Part shown: positions 59,010-64,000 of the stretch, one piece after another
Layout: the number at the start of each line of letters is the position of its first letter
How positions within the stretch are numbered: position 1 is the stretch's first letter
DNA from: Eledone cirrhosa
Lineage: Eukaryota
Assembly: GCA_964016885.1 (NCBI GenBank)
Contig: OZ024764.1
Coordinates: 28,458,001 to 28,522,000 of the forward strand
Direction of reading: 5' to 3'
DNA length: 64,000 nucleotides
Notes under the pieces: model-generated
Seen by the model: the letters and a program-made list of their open reading frames with translations, nothing else
What the model was told of the DNA's origin: nothing
The model's database searches: none
Position numbers and translations under genes: made by a program

Positions 59010-59793
59010 TCATCATCATCGTCACCGTTTTATGTCTGTTCTTCCACGCTAGCATGGGTTAGACGGGTTGTCCTGTTGTGGGCAGTGCCCGGTCGGCTGA
59101 CCTTGTCTTGCACATACGGGAACTGATTCTGGCTTGATCTCTACAGCTGGATGCCCTTCCTAACACCAACCACATTTACAGTGAGTGCTGGGTGCTTTTT
59201 TTCCGTGGCACCTACACGTCCACTTTACTTTGTGGGATGGGTGCTTTTTTTGCTGTGTCACCTCCACGACCACTTTGCAGTGGAATGATAGGGACTGGGG
59301 TCATCTCATTTCTACAGCTGAGTAAACTGGAGCAATGTGAAATAAAGTGTCTTGCTCAAGGAAACAACACATCACCCAGTCTGAGAATTGAACTTACAAC
59401 CTTTCGATTGCAAGCCCAATGCACTAACCACTAAGCCATGCGCCTTCACATATATATATCATCATTTCATTTTACATCCACTTTTTCCCTGCTTGCAAGG
59501 GTGGGACGGGAACTGATTCTGGCTTGATTTCTACAGCTGGATGCCCTTCCTAACACCAACCTCATTTACAGTGAGTGTTGGGTGCTTTTTTGCCGTGGCA
59601 TCTCCACGACCACTTTGCAGTGGAATGATAGGGGCCCAAGTCCCTATCATCTCATTTCTATAGCTGAGTAAACTGGAGCAATGTGAAATAAAGTGTCTTG
59701 CTCAAGGAAACAACACATCACCCGGTCTGAGAATTGAACTCACAACCTTTCGATTGCAAGGCCAATGCTCTAACCACTAAGCCATGTGCCTCC
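59010..59793 (-). mobile_element. Two tandem tRNA-derived SINEs (third copy at 63040-63375)
   Basis: tggcttagtgg A box, gttcaattc B box, ttaggaagggcatccagctg body, (gat)n tail. Confidence 0.8.
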
Positions 59794-60725
59794 ATATATA
59801 TATATATATCAGAATGGAAGTTTTAAAAACCAGTTAGACCATAACACACCAGAGTACTCAATACTTGGGGTAGTAGAGTGGGTAATATGAAAAATTTGGG
59901 ATCCTGATGGGTTAGCTCCGGCCATTTCAACAGCTAGTTGTGGTTACCTCTGATTGAAACCAGGATAAACTTATATATATTTATACACGCACACACACAT
60001 ATATATAAGTTTATCCTGTATATATATACACTTGTCTCACGTGGGACAACTCCTGTCTAAACCCATGCTAGCGTGGAAGATAGACGTTAAACGATGATGA
60101 TATACACACACACAGACGTGTATGTATGTATATATATATATACATACATACATATATGTGTATATATATATATATATATACATACATACATATGTGTATG
60201 TGTGTATATATATATATATACATACATACATTATGTGTGTATATATATATATATAATATATAGTTTACCAGTATAGAAATATAAAACTTCCACTGTTGAA
60301 TCATAATATTTTAATATTCTCTATTATTTCAGAATAGCAGATGACATTGACAGAAAAGAGCTTTTAACTTCAGATCCATCATCAAAATCAGATTTTAAAA
60401 GACTAAGATGACATTTTACACAGAACTCCTAGAAGTCTTTTATATAAATATTTGGTGAATTCCAATGAAATATTTCTTCTGAACTGAGGTTCATAGAAAA
60501 ATATCTTTTCTTCACTGTCTGGATTGTGTGCATGAAGATTCTGCATTCATATTAAACTTGGATGAATTTACAAAGGAATTTGCACCACTTTCAGATCACA
60601 GTTGATGGAAATATTAGTTAGAAATAACTATAAAAAAAAGACCAAGATAAATATCTATATTTTGTGCTGAGAAAAGAATAATTGTAAGAACCCTTGAAAT
60701 ATTGATTTTTGTTTTTCCAGAAGAG

Positions 60726-61754
60726 ATGCCGAGAGCGAAAGGAAAATCATTTTATAAGTGTGACATCTGCAAGAAGTCATTCCTTCAGAAAAGTAACTTA
60801 ACTACACACAAACGTACTCATACGGGAGAGAAACCACATCAGTGTGATATCTGTGGTAAAACATTCTCATGTAAGAGTCACTTAACTACGCACAAATATA
60901 GTCATACAGGAGAGAAACCATTCAGATGTGAGATCTGTGGAATATCATTCTCCGACAAAAGGAATTTAATGAGACATAAGTATGTACATACTGGAGAGAA
61001 ACCATATCAGTGTGATATCTGTGATAAATCATTCTCTCAAGCAGGTAGTTTATCTAAACACAAATTTATTCACACTGGAGAGAAACCATATCGTTGTGAT
61101 ACCTGTGGCAAATCATTCTCTCGTAAATATCATTTAACTTCACACAAATATATTCATACAGGAGAAAAGCCATTTCCGTGTGATATCTGTGGGAAATCCT
61201 TTTCTCATGCATGCAATTTAACTACACATAAATATATTCATACAGGCGAGAAGCCATATCACTGTGATATCTGTGGAAAATCATTCTCTCAGGGAATTAG
61301 CTTAAGAACACATAAATACAGTCATACAGGAGAGAAACCACATCGCTGTGATATCTGTGGAAAATCATTCGCTCAAAAAAGTAACTTAACTACACACAAC
61401 TATATTCATTTGGGAGAGAACCCATATCACTGTGATATCTGTGGTAAAACATTCCCTCGGGCAAGTCGCTTGTCTAATCACAAATATATGCATACAGGAG
61501 AGAAACCACATCGCTGTGATATCTGTGGTAAATCATTCGCTCAAAAAAGTAACTTAGCTAGACATAACTATATTCATTTTGGAGAGAAACCATATCCCTG
61601 TGAAATCTGTGGTAAAACCTTCTTTCGTGCAAGTCGTTTGTCTAATCACAAATACAGTCATACAGGGGAAAAACCACATCACTGTGATACCTGTGGTAAA
61701 TCTTACGCTCACAAAAGTAACTTAACTAGGCATAAATGCATTCATACAGGATAG
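60726..61754 (+). CDS. C2H2 zinc-finger protein, 12 tandem fingers, 342 aa
   Basis: Repeated CxxC-x12-HxxxH with TGEKP linkers; ATG at 60726; candidate acceptors at 60332 and 60720. Confidence 0.93.
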   Translation: MPRAKGKSFYKCDICKKSFLQKSNLTTHKRTHTGEKPHQCDICGKTFSCKSHLTTHKYSHTGEKPFRCEICGISFSDKRNLMRHKYVHTGEKPYQCDICDKSFSQAGSLSKHKFIHTGEKPYRCDTCGKSFSRKYHLTSHKYIHTGEKPFPCDICGKSFSHACNLTTHKYIHTGEKPYHCDICGKSFSQGISLRTHKYSHTGEKPHRCDICGKSFAQKSNLTTHNYIHLGENPYHCDICGKTFPRASRLSNHKYMHTGEKPHRCDICGKSFAQKSNLARHNYIHFGEKPYPCEICGKTFFRASRLSNHKYSHTGEKPHHCDTCGKSYAHKSNLTRHKCIHTG

Positions 61755-61878
61755 AAACCACATCAATATGATATCTGTGCTAATCATTCTGTAAAAATAT
61801 TAACTTAACTAGACATGTATGTATTCATAAAGAGGTGGAATTGTATCAATGTAAAAAAAACACATTATGAAGCTGCTG

Positions 61879-62720
61879 CTTCTTGTCGTGTCCACAAGAG
61901 TATCAGCTATAAAGCTTGGCTAGATGTGGTTCCACCACAGCTGAACACAGTGCTGTCCTTATATAATATACCACAATATATATATATACTATATACACCA
62001 CACTATACATACAACATTATATGTACACTATATATATACAAGAATAAATGGGAGTCTTCTTGTCGTGTCCACAAGAGTGTCAGTTACAAAGCTTGACTAG
62101 ATGTGGTTCTACCACAGCTGAACACAGTGCTCTCCTTATATAATATATCACAATATATATATATACTATATACACCACACTATACATACAACATTATATG
62201 TACACTATATATATACAAGAATAAATGAGAGTCTTCTTGTCGTGTCCACAAGAGTATCAGCTACAAAGCTTGGCTAGATGTGGTTCCACCACAGCTGAAC
62301 ACATTGCTGTCCTTATATAATATACCACAATATATATATATACTATATACACCACACTATACATACAACATTATATGTACACTATATATATATACAAGAA
62401 TAAATGAGTCTTCTTGTCGTGTCCACAAGAGTGTCAGTTACAAAGCTTGGCTAGATGTTCTGCCACAGCTGAACACATTGCCGTCCTTTCTCATTAAACT
62501 CTGCCAAGTCCAATGCTGTGCAGGGGTGTTCCAGCAGCGGGTATATCAGGAGGTGCTGCGTAGTCTGTGGTTCGATGCTGCAGTCACACACGTCTCCATC
62601 CTTTAAATATCTCCATTTTGCAAGATTGACTTTTGCTCGTCCAACACCAGATCTTAATTTGTTGAGGCATTTCCACACTTCATAGTTTGTATTTTCTCTA
62701 AGAACATCACCTTTGTCCGT
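61879..62720 (-). mobile_element. Vingi-like LINE 3' fragment with a 177-bp tandem of its 3' end plus flank
   Basis: WKCLNKLRSGVGRAKVNLAKWRY...CDC...QTTQHLL; tcttgtcgtg at 61881, 62058, 62235, 62412. Confidence 0.75.
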
Positions 62721-62773
62721 TCCCTTGTCGTTTCAATTTGGATTGCCTCAGGAATGTAACCTTATTATGTAAG

Positions 62774-62841
62774 AAGCTGTCTGATGAGCTCACGTGGAAT
62801 CGTACGGCTGCAGTCATGATTGAATAATGTATCACAGCCTT
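62774..62841 (+). ncRNA. Degenerate type I hammerhead
   Basis: gctgt-CTGATGA-gctcacg...catgatt-GAAT-aatgta-TC-acagc, followed by aataaa. Confidence 0.45.
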
Positions 62842-63500
62842 ATCAATAAAGGACTTTAACATCTGAAACTACTTCGCATTTTCTTTTTCTAAATATACTC
62901 CGTCATTCCTATGTGGAAAAAGTACGTAGAGTGCTTGAATTGAATTGCATCAGTGTTTACCGTATATATATATATGTGTGTGTGAGTGTGTATATATGTA
63001 TATGTGTGTGTATATATATATATAAGTATGTATATATGTATCATTTCATTTCATTTTACGTCCGCTTTTCCCTGCTTGCAAGGGTGGGACGGGAACTGAT
63101 TCTGGCTTGATTTCTACAGCTGGATGCCCTTCCTAACACCAACCTCATTTACAGTGAGTGCTGGGTGCTTTTTTGCCGTGGCACCTCCACGACCACTTTG
63201 TAGTGGAATGATAGGGACCGAAGTCCCTATCATCTCATTTCTACAGCTGAGTAAACTGGAGCAATGTGAAATAAAGTGTCTTGCTCAAGGAGACAACACA
63301 TCACCCGGTCTGAGAATTGAACTCACAACCTTTCGATTGCAAGGCCAATGCTCTAACCACTAAGCCATGTGCCTCCTATGTGTGTATATATATATCAAAT
63401 GCCATTGGAACTGATAATGCCATATCAGTTCCAATGGCATTGTCATGCTATGTCAGAAGTGAAAATATGTATAGTATGTATAGCATATATATCTATCTAT

Positions 63501-63838
63501 CTAAGGCGGGTAAAATTCCCGAGATCCATGGACGAGTTCTCTCCAGCGGTCTCTGTCCCTCATTATCGCTGCCATATCCGGCATCTCCAACAGACCAGTG
63601 TCTGTCCTTAGGGCATCAACATATGTTAACCTTGGTCTTCCTCTTCTAGTGTGTCCATGTAGGGGCTCCCAAGATGGTGGATGGGTGCTACACGAGAATG
63701 CTGAGGATGGCTCTAAACATTAATCAGTATACACTGAGGATGAAAAACTCAGAGCTGTATGGGAGCATCCCAAAAGTCAGCTCAAAGGTGACACAGAGGA
63801 GACTGAGGTTGGCTGGACATGCTCACCGGCATCCAGAG
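63501..63838. mobile_element. RTE-like fragment with 5' inversion
   Basis: 63501-63671 is colinear with 7097-7267; 63672-63838 is the inverted remainder. Confidence 0.8.
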
Positions 63839-64000
63839 CATATATATGTATGTATGTATATATATATATATATGTATATGTATGTATATATATGTATATA
63901 TATATATCTATGCATATGTATGTATATATATCTATGCATATGTATGTATATATATCTGTATGTATATATATATATGTACATATATCTATATATATATGTA

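Overview
Eukaryotic, very AT-rich, microsatellite-dominated DNA. The C2H2 finger style, SINE types and (TA)n load suggest an octopus or other coleoid cephalopod (inference). Almost all ORFs in the supplied track are (TA)n/(CA)n/(CAC)n artefacts. Two host genes are supported: a 12-finger C2H2 zinc-finger CDS (60726-61754, +) and a three-exon minus-strand gene (49838-45624) encoding a secreted protein with two CBM14 chitin-binding domains; its last exon is missed by the ORF track. The remaining unique-looking DNA is mostly transposon-derived: RTE, CR1-like, Tx1/L1-like and Vingi-like LINE fragments, tRNA-derived SINEs, a Helitron, mariner- and piggyBac-type MITEs, and satellites built from these. 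The main signal is a dense set of short (100-600 bp) non-coding elements inserted in (TA)n. They fall into several unrelated families and carry type I hammerhead ribozyme motifs (CUGANGA...GAAA, palindromic stem III) and long inverted repeats, as in Penelope-like pLTRs or retrozymes. In four families the element folds back exactly on hammerhead stem II, replacing the CUGANGA half. All structures were read by eye; no searches or folding programs were run.
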